Part shown: positions 31,241-39,992 of the stretch, piece by piece
How positions within the stretch are numbered: the first letter of the stretch is position 1
How the letters are laid out: the number at the start of each line of letters is the position of its first letter
Assembly (NCBI GenBank): GCA_963738225.1
Contig: CAVTVR010000007.1
Span: forward strand, 225,533-289,532
Direction of reading: 5' to 3'
Source of the DNA: an uncultured Verrucomicrobiae bacterium
GTDB taxonomy: Bacteria > Verrucomicrobiota > Verrucomicrobiia > Limisphaerales > UBA11358
Length of the DNA: 64,000 nucleotides
Program-made: the position numbers and the translations under genes
The notes under the pieces: model-generated
Seen by the model: only the letters and a program-made list of their open reading frames with translations
The model's database searches: none
What the model was told of the DNA's origin: nothing

Positions 31241-33762
31241 GGATTTTTTCCCGCCCCGGCCCGAACCAAGGCCCACCATCTACGCTTACGAGGATACGAA
31301 TCCGCAATATGCCGAGCTTTTGAAAGTGGGCTACACCACGGTGGACGCCCAGAGCCGCGTCGCCGCTGCAATATCCCACCTTGCGCCCCGGCAAATTGCC
31401 CTATCGCATCGTGCTCGAAGAACCGGCCATGCGGAATGACGGCTCGGTGTTCACCGACCATGACGTTCACCGGATGTTGCGGATCAATGGGGTGAAAAAT
31501 CCCGAGGGCGAATGGTTTCGCTGCTCCGTGGCCCAGGTAAAAGCCGCGATCATCGCCGTGCGCAGCGGCCAGTTGAACGAGGAAAACCGCTCGCTGGATT
31601 TCAAGATGCGGCCGGAGCAGTCAGCGGCGGTGGTCAAGACCGCAGACTATTTCAAGAGCTTCAAAAAAGAAAATTCCGGCAAGCCGCCGCATTTTCTCTG
31701 GAACGCCAAGATGCGTTTCGGCAAAACCTTCGCCGCGTATCAGCTCGCGCTGAAGATGGGCTGGCGCAAGTTGCTGGTGCTCACCTTCAAACCGGCGGTG
31801 CAAAGCGCGTGGGAGGAAGATTTGAAATGCCATGTGGATTTCAAAGGCTGGCAGTTCATCAAGCCCGGCGGCCTGACCTATGAGGAGGCGGACAAGAAAA
31901 AGCCGCTCGTGTGCTTCGGCTCGTTTCAGGATTATCTGGGCCGCAATCCCAGCACCGGCGGCATCAAGACCAAGAACGAATGGGTTCACGCGACCAATTG
32001 GGATTGCGTCATCCTGGACGAATACCATTACGGCGCCTGGCGGGCCAACGCGAAGGAGTTGTTTGAGGCGGAAGATGAAAAAGAACTGGATTTCGCCGAG
32101 AGCAAGGAAATGCGGGAATTTGATGAAGACATCATGCCCATCACCACGGGCGGTTTCCTGTATTTGTCCGGCACGCCGTTCCGCGCCATCGCCACCGGCG
32201 AGTTCATCGAAGAGCAGATTTTTAACTGGACGTATTCCGACGAGCAGCGCGCCAAGCAGGATTGGAAAGGTGAAAACAATCCCTACGCCGCGTTGCCGCG
32301 CATGGTGCTGCTGACGTATCAATTGCCGGAGGCCATCCGCGAGATTGCCTTGCAGGGCGAGTTCAACGAGTTCGATCTGAACGTCTTTTTCTCCGCCACC
32401 GGCATCGGCGACAAGGCAAAATTCGCCTACGAAGACGAAGTCCAGAAATGGCTGGATTTGATTCGCGGCGCGTTCCAGGCCACGAGTGTTGACAATCTGA
32501 AGCTCGGCGCGCAAAAACCGCCGATGCCGTTCTCGGATGCGCGGCTGTTGAATTTGCTGTCGCACACATTTTGGTTTCTGCCCAGCGTCGCCTCGTGTCA
32601 CGCCATGCGGAATCTGCTCGCGAAAAAGCAAAACGCGTTTTATCAGGATTATCGCGTCATCGTCGCCGCTGGCAGTCAGGCCGGCATCGGCGCGGACGCA
32701 CTGCCGCCGGTGTTGGAAATCATGGACGACCCCATGAAGACCAAGACCATCACCCTGTCGTGCGGAAAACTGACCACAGGCGTCACGGTCAAACCCTGGA
32801 CGGGAATCTTCATGCTGCGCAATTCGTCCAGCCCGGAAACGTATTTTCAGGCGGCGTTCCGCGTGCAGTCGCCGTGGTCCATCAAGAATCCCGACAGCAC
32901 GTCACCCAACCAGGAGCAAATCATCAAGGAAGAATGTTACGTCTTCGATTTCGCGCCCGACCGCGCCTTGCGGCAGATCGCCGAATACAGTTGCCGCCTG
33001 AATGTGGACGAATCCAACATCGAAAAGAAGGTGGAGGAATTCATCCATTTCCTGCCGGTGCTGGCCTACGACGGCAGTTCCATGAAGCAGATTGACGCCG
33101 CCGGCGTGTTGGACATGGCCACGAGCGGCACGACGGCGACGTTGCTGGCGAAGCGTTGGGAAAGCGCGTTGCTGGTGAACGTGGACAACGGCACGCTGCA
33201 ACGCCTCATGGATAACAAGGCCGCGATGGATGCCTTGATGAGCATCGAGGGTTTCCGCAATTTGAATCAGGAAATTGAAACCATCATCAATAAATCCAAC
33301 GCCGTGAAGAAGGCCCGCAAGGAGGCCAACGACCAGGAACTTTCCGCAAAAGAGAAAAAGGAACTGACCGAGCAGGAAAAGGAATACAAGCATTTGCGCA
33401 GACAGATTCAGGAAAAACTCATCAAATTTGCGACGCGGGTGCCGATTTTCATGTATCTAACGGATTATCGGGAGCGGTGTTTGAAGGACATCATCACGCA
33501 GTTGGAACCAGGGTTGTTCAAAAAAGTGACGGGACTTGCCATCAAGGATTTTGAATTGCTGGTCAGCCTCGACGTTTTCAACAGCGCCATGATGAATGAT
33601 GCCGTTTTCAAATTTAAGCGGTATGAAGATGCCAGCCTGATCTACACCGGCATCATCAAACACGACCCGAAGGACATTGGCGGCTATGATACGGTGATCA
33701 CGACGAAAGAATTTCAGGAATCATTTGTGAACCGGCCGGTAGTGAACCCTCTTAAAAACTAA
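31233..33762 (+). pseudogene. GIY-YIG/T5orf172-like N-terminal domain fused to an SF2 (DEAD/Res-type) helicase; one frame break near 31365
   Basis: N-terminus TIYAYEDTNPQYAELLKVGYTTVDAQSRV...EWFRCSVAQVKAAI. Helicase motif I AKMRFGKTFAAYQLA and motif II WDCVILDEYHYG, plus a long C-terminal region. The start overlaps the methyltransferase stop (ATGAGTAA). Confidence 0.8.
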
Positions 33763-34700
33763 TGAGCCTGACCCTCGATCTCCGCCAAAGTCGCCATCCC
33801 CAATGTCAGGTTTGCGACCGCACCGAGCGGGATGACATTGACGCTGATGGACTTTGCACCAAGACCATGTCCACGCTGGACAACCTGCCAGTGCGATGCG
33901 TCGGCGAATGGGCCTACGATAAAATTTATCGGCTCGTCCAATACTTCGGCATCTTTGCCGGCGGCATGAGCAATCGCTGGCACGGCTTGAATTACGTCGA
34001 GATTTGCAGCGGCCCCGGTCGTTGCATCACCCGTAATGACCGCACGGAAATGGATGGCACCGCGTTGGCCGTCATTCGTTCCAAGCAATTTTCCAAGTTA
34101 AAAAAAGGCATCTTCATTGATGCCAGTCCGCGTGTGGTGAACATCCTCAATCAGCGCATAAAGGCTTTGGGAAAATCTGACATTGCCGAGGCGGTGGAAG
34201 GTGATTACAGCGACGCGCCGGGATTGGCCCGCATCCTTGGACGCCTCCCGGATAGCTGTTTGAACCTCGTTTTCATTGACCCGACGGAATGCGACGTCCC
34301 GTTCACCACCATCAAACGCATTGTGGATCATCTGCAAAACGCTGACCTGCTGATCAATGTCGCCCTTGGCACGGACGTAACCCGCAACATCGTTCCCGCA
34401 ATTCTTCATTCCAGCCATAAGATCGCGCGTGAAAAATACGAAAGTTTTCTTGGATCCCCCGGTTTCTGTGCCCGGCCAGATGTGGTTGCGTTGGCGAAGT
34501 TGGCAGACCACGATGATTTAAGGCGAAAATTTGCCGAAACCTACCACCAGAAATTGCGCGGCGAAGGGTATCATTTCACCGATGTTTGCAGCGTAAAACA
34601 TTACTATTATCTGTTGTTTGCCTCGCGCAGCGCCAAAGGCTTGGAATTCTGGAAAAAAGCGTGCACATATTCGCCAGACAATCAGAAAAATTTGTTGTAA
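33762..34700 (+). CDS. tcmP: Three-Cys-motif partner protein TcmP (methyltransferase-fold-like)
   Basis: EWAYDKIYRLVQYFGIFAGGM, NYVEICSGPGRC (motif-I-like) and LVFIDPTECDVPF (motif-IV-like). It lies immediately upstream of a Gp37/Gp68 protein, which is the defining context of TIGR04474 as I recall it. Its ATG shares a base with the helicase stop (TAATG). Confidence 0.75.
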   Translation: MSLTLDLRQSRHPQCQVCDRTERDDIDADGLCTKTMSTLDNLPVRCVGEWAYDKIYRLVQYFGIFAGGMSNRWHGLNYVEICSGPGRCITRNDRTEMDGTALAVIRSKQFSKLKKGIFIDASPRVVNILNQRIKALGKSDIAEAVEGDYSDAPGLARILGRLPDSCLNLVFIDPTECDVPFTTIKRIVDHLQNADLLINVALGTDVTRNIVPAILHSSHKIAREKYESFLGSPGFCARPDVVALAKLADHDDLRRKFAETYHQKLRGEGYHFTDVCSVKHYYYLLFASRSAKGLEFWKKACTYSPDNQKNLL

Positions 34701-34712
34701 TTTTCACCGTTC

Positions 34713-35441
34713 ATGGCACTGAAATCGTCAATTGAGTGGACCGAGGCAACCTGGAACCCCGTTACCGGTTGTTCCAAAATCAGTCCCGGCTGCAAGCATT
34801 GCTACGCCGAACGCATGGCGTTTCGGTTGCAGGCGATGGGCAATCCCAATTACCGCAATGGCTTCAAAGTCACGCTTCAAGATGAAATGCTCGACTTGCC
34901 GATTCGTTGGAAAAAACCGCAGACCATTTTCGTAAACTCGATGAGCGACCTGTTTCATCGCGAAGTGCCGTTGTCGTTCATCCAAAAAATATTCACTACG
35001 ATGCACCGTGCCGACTGGCATCGGTATCAGATTCTCACCAAGCGCCCGGAACGGTTGGTCGAGCTTGATGACAAGTTGGCTTGGGCGCCGCATATCTGGC
35101 AGGGCGTCACCGTCGAGCACCCGGACTATTACGACCGGATTGATTTGCTCCGCAAATCCGGCGCGCACGTCAAATTTCTGTCCCTTGAACCGTTGCTCGC
35201 GCCCATGCCCAAGTTAAAACTGCGCGGCATTGATTGGGTGATCGTCGGCGGCGAATCTGGCCCCGGCGCGCGACCGATGGCCGAGGAATGGGTGACGGAA
35301 ATTCGCGACCAGTGCCTGAAGCAAGGCGTTGCTTTTTATTTCAAGCAATGGGGCGGTGTGTTCAAAAAGCGCAATGGCCGCGACTTGGAAGGCCGCACCT
35401 GGAATGAAATGCCAGCCGTTAGTGAACTGGCTTTCGCCTGA
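34713..35441 (+). CDS. Phage Gp37/Gp68-family protein (DUF5131), three-Cys Fe-S enzyme
   Basis: [30 protein letters not shown] carries the family's signature CxxxxxxCxxC. [25 protein letters not shown] and [15 protein letters not shown] are also present. Confidence 0.85.
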   Translation: MALKSSIEWTEATWNPVTGCSKISPGCKHCYAERMAFRLQAMGNPNYRNGFKVTLQDEMLDLPIRWKKPQTIFVNSMSDLFHREVPLSFIQKIFTTMHRADWHRYQILTKRPERLVELDDKLAWAPHIWQGVTVEHPDYYDRIDLLRKSGAHVKFLSLEPLLAPMPKLKLRGIDWVIVGGESGPGARPMAEEWVTEIRDQCLKQGVAFYFKQWGGVFKKRNGRDLEGRTWNEMPAVSELAFA

Positions 35442-35446
35442 CCGAA

Positions 35447-36203
35447 TTAACTGTCCCCCCACCATTGCCGTTCAAACATATCCCGGTCAATCCGCACCGG
35501 CTCGATGCAGTGCGGGTCATCCGTCTTGGGGCTGTTGACCAGATTGCTGACCGGATAAATCTTGAGCGGCGAGTTTTCGGGAAAAGCCATCGCCGATTTG
35601 TGCATTTCACTGCGCAGATCGTCCGTTTTCAGCCACCAGTCATAGTGCCGCGACTGGAGGATGACCGGCATCCGGTCGTGCAGTGGCGCAATCGCCTCGT
35701 TCGCCGGCTGCGTGATGATGGTAAATGATTCAATCGTCTCGCTTGGCGGCGCTTCGTCCAGATCCGTGTCGGCGTTGTCCCGCGACGGCGGCTTAACCCA
35801 CCTGTCCCACAGGCCGGCAAAATAAAATGGCTCGCCGCTTTTGAACATCACCCGGAACGATTGCCGTTTCCCGTCGCGCTCCTGCCACTCGAAAAAACTG
35901 TCGGCCGGAATCAGGCAGCGGCGGCTTTTGAACGCCTCACGAAAAGCATTTCGGCTGGCGAGCGTTTCCGACCGCGCATTGATAAGCGCGTTGCCCATGC
36001 TTTCATCTTTCGCCCAGGATGGAATCAGACCCCAGCGCATTAGCTTCACCGCCGGCTGGTGGTGTTCGTGGTAAATCACCGGAGCGAGTCTGCGTCGGCG
36101 CGATGTTGTAGCGCGGCGAAAAAAACGGCACCCGCGCCATGACGACGCCGACCAGTTTGATCAGCTCGCTAAAATCTTTCGCCGCCGTATATCGCCCGCA
36201 CAT
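35447..36203 (-). pseudogene. SOS-response-associated peptidase (SRAP/YedK, abasic-site processing protein); one frame break near 36084
   Basis: MCGRY (catalytic Cys2), RYNIAPTQ, then after the break MRWGLIPSWAKD, NARSETL and RCLIPADSFFEWQ. Confidence 0.9.
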
Positions 36204-36261
36204 GACGGCAAAATATCACACTCCACGGTCAATGCTTGAGAAAATTTTAAAGTCCAATATG

Positions 36262-36777
36262 TTAAACCGCTCGCTTTGCCCTCTTCATCCAAAACACCGC
36301 AGCCAGACCCACCGCATCAAACATGTCCATCCGGCCATCTTCGTTTTCCCATGCGCGGCGTTTTCGCGGCATTCTTGCAGCAAGTTCCGCAGGAAATTTT
36401 TGGGCAAGCAATTCTGCCATTTCGTGCTTTGTTCCCTTGACATCGCCGAGCAGTGCGCCGCGCAAGTAGCTTCCTGAAAAAAGCTTCACCTTGCACTGGT
36501 AGGTCGTTGCTAATCTAGCAATCTTCCGGTGCAACGCTTTGATTCGGGGCGCACGACGAGAACCTTTGGCATTCACGTCTTGCAACACCACCACATCAGG
36601 CAAAAATTGCTTCATTAGCCTTTCGATCTTGGAAACGACCTTGAAATTTTTATTTCCCCTGGCCCCCTTGTATCCACATTCGATCATCACCTGGTCCTCC
36701 ATGACGGAATACCCGAAACCTCTGGCCGTAGGCGCGATTGCAAGAATGCGAACTTGTATTGAACTTGATTGATTCAT
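36262..36777 (-). CDS. RNase-H/RuvC-fold-like protein of unknown function
   Basis: VRILAIAPTARGFGYSVME resembles the first RuvC-like strand but has A in place of the usual catalytic D. It forms an operon with the upstream XRE gene. Confidence 0.4.
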   Translation of the reverse strand: MNQSSSIQVRILAIAPTARGFGYSVMEDQVMIECGYKGARGNKNFKVVSKIERLMKQFLPDVVVLQDVNAKGSRRAPRIKALHRKIARLATTYQCKVKLFSGSYLRGALLGDVKGTKHEMAELLAQKFPAELAARMPRKRRAWENEDGRMDMFDAVGLAAVFWMKRAKRAV

Positions 36778-36789
36778 GTGTGTAGTTAA

Positions 36790-37152
36790 TTAAGCGACTG
36801 ATTTGTAATGGCGAAGGGCAAGCTCCGAAAGTGTTTGGCTTTTCTTTGGATCAGGCAGCTTCGTTTTCCGATAGGAAAGAAACTTTGCGCGAGAAGAAAC
36901 ATCCAGCGCGATCCGCTCATAGAGGCCGGCAAACAATTCACGAATCGGCTTGCCGTAAATTGCCTCATACGCCAGGGCAGATTCCAAGGTCGGTATGCGC
37001 GAATAGTTTTCGTCGCGAGAGACTTTGTTGCCCTTGTCCATTCCTTTGATGCCCAGCATAAAAGCCACTTCCTCCTGTGAAAGTGAAGAATGCTTTCTAT
37101 TTGAGCGCAAATAGTTTGGAAGCGATGTCATATAACTTAACAACGAACTCAT
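36790..37152 (-). CDS. XRE-family HTH regulator (start taken at MSSLLSYM, downstream of the operator-like motif)
   Basis: LRSNRKHSSLSQEEVAFMLGIKGMDKGNKVSRDENYSRIPTLESALAYEAIYGKPIRELFAG is a Cro/C1-type HTH. Confidence 0.7.
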   Translation of the reverse strand: MSSLLSYMTSLPNYLRSNRKHSSLSQEEVAFMLGIKGMDKGNKVSRDENYSRIPTLESALAYEAIYGKPIRELFAGLYERIALDVSSRAKFLSYRKTKLPDPKKSQTLSELALRHYKSVA

Positions 37153-37195
37153 CGTGAGTTCAGAGCCAAAGAATAGACGTGCGGCGAGGTTTGTC

Positions 37196-37224
37196 GTAGG
37201 GGGGCAAACTTGCCAGAATTGGCA
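37196..37224 (-). promoter_or_regulatory. Copy 1 of the dispersed motif TTGCCA-N5-TGGCAAG-N3-GCCCCCC(TAC) (reverse orientation)
   Basis: GTAGGGGGGCAAACTTGCCAGAATTGGCA lies upstream of the minus-strand XRE gene. Confidence 0.55.
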
Positions 37225-37320
37225 TGTTTGCGAAAACATCGGGCCGGCCTAGCCACGTTGTTATTGGCGATACTAGAACATACTTTACTATTTTAGTCAA
37301 TGTTAGGGTATTAACTAGAC

Positions 37321-37351
37321 TTGCCAATCCTGGCAAGTTTGCCCCCCTTTG
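37321..37351 (+). promoter_or_regulatory. Copy 2 of the same motif (forward orientation)
   Basis: TTGCCAATCCTGGCAAGTTTGCCCCCCTTTG ends 32 nt upstream of the small ORF at 37383 and the recombinase gene. Confidence 0.55.
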
Positions 37352-37382
37352 TCCGGCAGCTATAAGCCCGTAAAGTGGCGAC

Positions 37383-37532
37383 ATGAAAACACCAAACCAA
37401 TTGAGCCGCGAGGCCATAGACGAGTTCAAAGCCATTTATCAGGAGGAATTCGGCGAGATACTGTCAGACGATGAAGTGCAGGAGATCGCCATGCGCCTGC
37501 TTCGTTTCTTTGGGATTTTGAACAAGGCGTAA
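37383..37532 (+). CDS. Small acidic protein, 49 aa (below the ORF-track length cut-off)
   Basis: Own translation: MKTPNQLSREAIDEFKAIYQEEFGEILSDDEVQEIAMRLLRFFGILNKA*. It lies between the motif copy and the recombinase. Confidence 0.35.
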   Translation: MKTPNQLSREAIDEFKAIYQEEFGEILSDDEVQEIAMRLLRFFGILNKA

Positions 37533-37626
37533 CACAGGCTTCGTTGACGCTTACATATTGGCGGGTTAGCATTGCCTTGTATCCTTCAATGGTTGCTTGT
37601 CTCCCCTTCGTAAATAACACACTTCA

Positions 37627-39414
37627 ATGCCAGGATATTTTATTTATTGCCGCAAATCATCTGAAGCCGAAGACCGGCAGGTTCTTTCTATTGAATCGCA
37701 AACCCGCGAACTGCAACAGTTGGCCGCAAAACTCAATCTGCCCATTGCCGAGATTTTGACTGAATCAAAATCTGCCAAAGACCCGGGCCGTCCGATATTT
37801 AATCGAATGATGCAACGGCTCTACCGGGGCGAAGCCGCCGGCATCATTTGCTGGAAACTGGATCGTCTCGCCCGCAACCCGGTGGACGGCGGTTCCATCA
37901 TCTGGGCTATCAAGCAACATGGCATCCGGGTAATGACACCCGCCCAAAGCTATGCCCGCGAGGATGACAACATCATCCTCATGTATATCGAATTCGGCAT
38001 GGCTCAAAAGTATGTTGATGACTTGAGTAAAAACGTTAAGCGCGGGATGAAAACAAAAATGGAGAACGGTTGGTTTCCGGGTAAAGCCTTGCCAGGCTAT
38101 TTGAATCACACCGACAAGTTGACAGGTGAAAACACCTTGGTTAGAGACCCGGAAAGGTTCCCATTGATCCGACGAATGTGGGATTTGATGTTGACCGGCC
38201 AATACACTCCGCCAAAAATCATTGAGATTGCAGACAAAGAATGGGGCTTGCGAACACGAACAACGCGACGAGCAGGTGGTAAACCGTTTGTCCGAAGCAC
38301 CATCTATAAGATATTCACAAAGCCGTTCTATTACGGCTGGTTTGAATTCCCCAATGGAAGCGGCCAATGGTATCAAGGAAAACATGAGCCAATGATCACG
38401 GAGGCGGAATATGACCGTGTGCAGACATTACTAGGCCGCAATGGAAATCCCCGCCCGCAATTGAATCTCGAATTTGCCTTCACTGGGATGATCTTGTGCG
38501 GAGACTGTGGACGGGCGGTGACAGCCGAGGAAAAACATCAGGCGATATGCGGCAACTGCAAATTCAAATTTGCATATCGCAAGCAGAATATTTGTCCGCG
38601 TTGTGAAACACCCATTGAAAAAATGGTGAATCCGAAGTTTCTAAAATACACCTATTACCACTGCTCAAAAAGCAAACGTCCAATGTGCTTTCAAAAATGC
38701 GTGACTGGACGGGAACTGGAAAAACAAATCAATGAGAGCCTTGCCCGCATCTGCATTTCCAAGCAATTCAAGGAATGGGCTTTCAAATTCCTGCATGAAT
38801 TGCATGAAGTAGAAAAGGCTTCATTGCATGAAATAATTCAATCACAGCAGAAGGCATATAAGGAATGTGTGCAGGAAATTGATAATCTGGTGAAGCTGAA
38901 AACCGCACCCTCTAATGCAGACGGAAGCCGCCTGTCAGACGAGGAATATGGCCGTCGGCGCGTTGAACTCCTGAAAATGAAAAAGAGCCTTGAGGAGCTG
39001 CTCAACGACGCCGGGCATCGTGTGGAACAACAGTTAAAGCTGTCTGAACAGACCTTTGAATTCGCCTGTGCCGTGCAGGAACGGTTCGCCAAGGGCGATC
39101 CAAAAACCAAAAAGGAGATTTTGATGACGATGGGATCGAACCTAATTTTGAAGGACAAAAAGCTGTTAATTGAAGCCAGAAAACCGTTCTTTATTCTCGG
39201 AAACTTGCTATCCCCTGAAACACCGATAATTTCACCAATCGAACCTGAAAAAACACAGGCGGCATATGGGCAGAAAATCCCATCTTTGTATCTTCGTCCT
39301 TGTGTGCGGGGGCAAAGAGACGATGTTCGAACCTATCTACAAAAAGCGGAGCGTGCAGCCGCACTCATATACGCTCACTTCAAAACAGAGTTTGGGGTTC
39401 CTGACAATCGGTGA
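37627..39414 (+). CDS. Large serine recombinase
   Basis: Resolvase catalytic domain YCRKSSEAEDRQVLSIESQ (catalytic Ser), DRLARN, a recombinase domain, the zinc ribbon CGDCGRAVT...CGNC...CPRCE, and a coiled-coil C-terminus. Confidence 0.95.
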   Translation: MPGYFIYCRKSSEAEDRQVLSIESQTRELQQLAAKLNLPIAEILTESKSAKDPGRPIFNRMMQRLYRGEAAGIICWKLDRLARNPVDGGSIIWAIKQHGIRVMTPAQSYAREDDNIILMYIEFGMAQKYVDDLSKNVKRGMKTKMENGWFPGKALPGYLNHTDKLTGENTLVRDPERFPLIRRMWDLMLTGQYTPPKIIEIADKEWGLRTRTTRRAGGKPFVRSTIYKIFTKPFYYGWFEFPNGSGQWYQGKHEPMITEAEYDRVQTLLGRNGNPRPQLNLEFAFTGMILCGDCGRAVTAEEKHQAICGNCKFKFAYRKQNICPRCETPIEKMVNPKFLKYTYYHCSKSKRPMCFQKCVTGRELEKQINESLARICISKQFKEWAFKFLHELHEVEKASLHEIIQSQQKAYKECVQEIDNLVKLKTAPSNADGSRLSDEEYGRRRVELLKMKKSLEELLNDAGHRVEQQLKLSEQTFEFACAVQERFAKGDPKTKKEILMTMGSNLILKDKKLLIEARKPFFILGNLLSPETPIISPIEPEKTQAAYGQKIPSLYLRPCVRGQRDDVRTYLQKAERAAALIYAHFKTEFGVPDNR

Positions 39415-39480
39415 TGAATGATATATTTAAATCATGGTGACACTATGGATGATTCGCAAATTGAGTATAGGAGTGTAAAT

Positions 39481-39502
39481 GTGCCAGATTTGGCAAGTAT
39501 CG
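39481..39502 (+). promoter_or_regulatory. Partial copy 3 of the TGCCA-N5-TGGCAAG motif (lacks the C-run)
   Basis: GTGCCAGATTTGGCAAGTATCG. Confidence 0.3.
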
Positions 39503-39992
39503 AGATACACGGGTATAAAAAGCGCCAGCCGGAGCCGACGCTTTGTGATTTATTTCCGATCATTTGATCTGGACAAGTTTACTGGTGCGGGCAGTGTCAC
39601 CCGTCACAGTATAAACACCATTTGTATCAGCCGTTACCGATAATAAGAACTCAATCGGAGCGATATTCCCATTCGCATCGCGTAGGATTACAAGCGTTGT
39701 TTCATCGGTCGGTATCCGTCGGCGTTCGTGGACGACCCGTTGCGCGGCGACTTTCCGAAGGCGCTGCTCAATACGCCGCCACCGCCGCGTGCCGCGCTGG
39801 TGAGATACCGGCAGTGGGGCGAAGGTCTCGAACACGACGCGGTGAAGCAGTGGATCGTGGCCGGCAGCAGCCAGCTTAATAAAACCTTGCCGTTGATGCC
39901 CAAAGTTCTCGCGCTCCTGTCGGGATTGACTCCGGGACAAGTCGCCATCATCAGTTAATAAACTCGATCTGGTAGTTGCGCGAGGAAAAACC

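Noticed and set aside
37196-37351. The TGGCA...TGC motif considered as a sigma-54 (-24/-12) promoter
   Set aside because: The GG-to-GC spacing is about 9 nt, not the roughly 12 nt of TGGCAC-N5-TTGC. The motif is palindromic, which fits an operator better.
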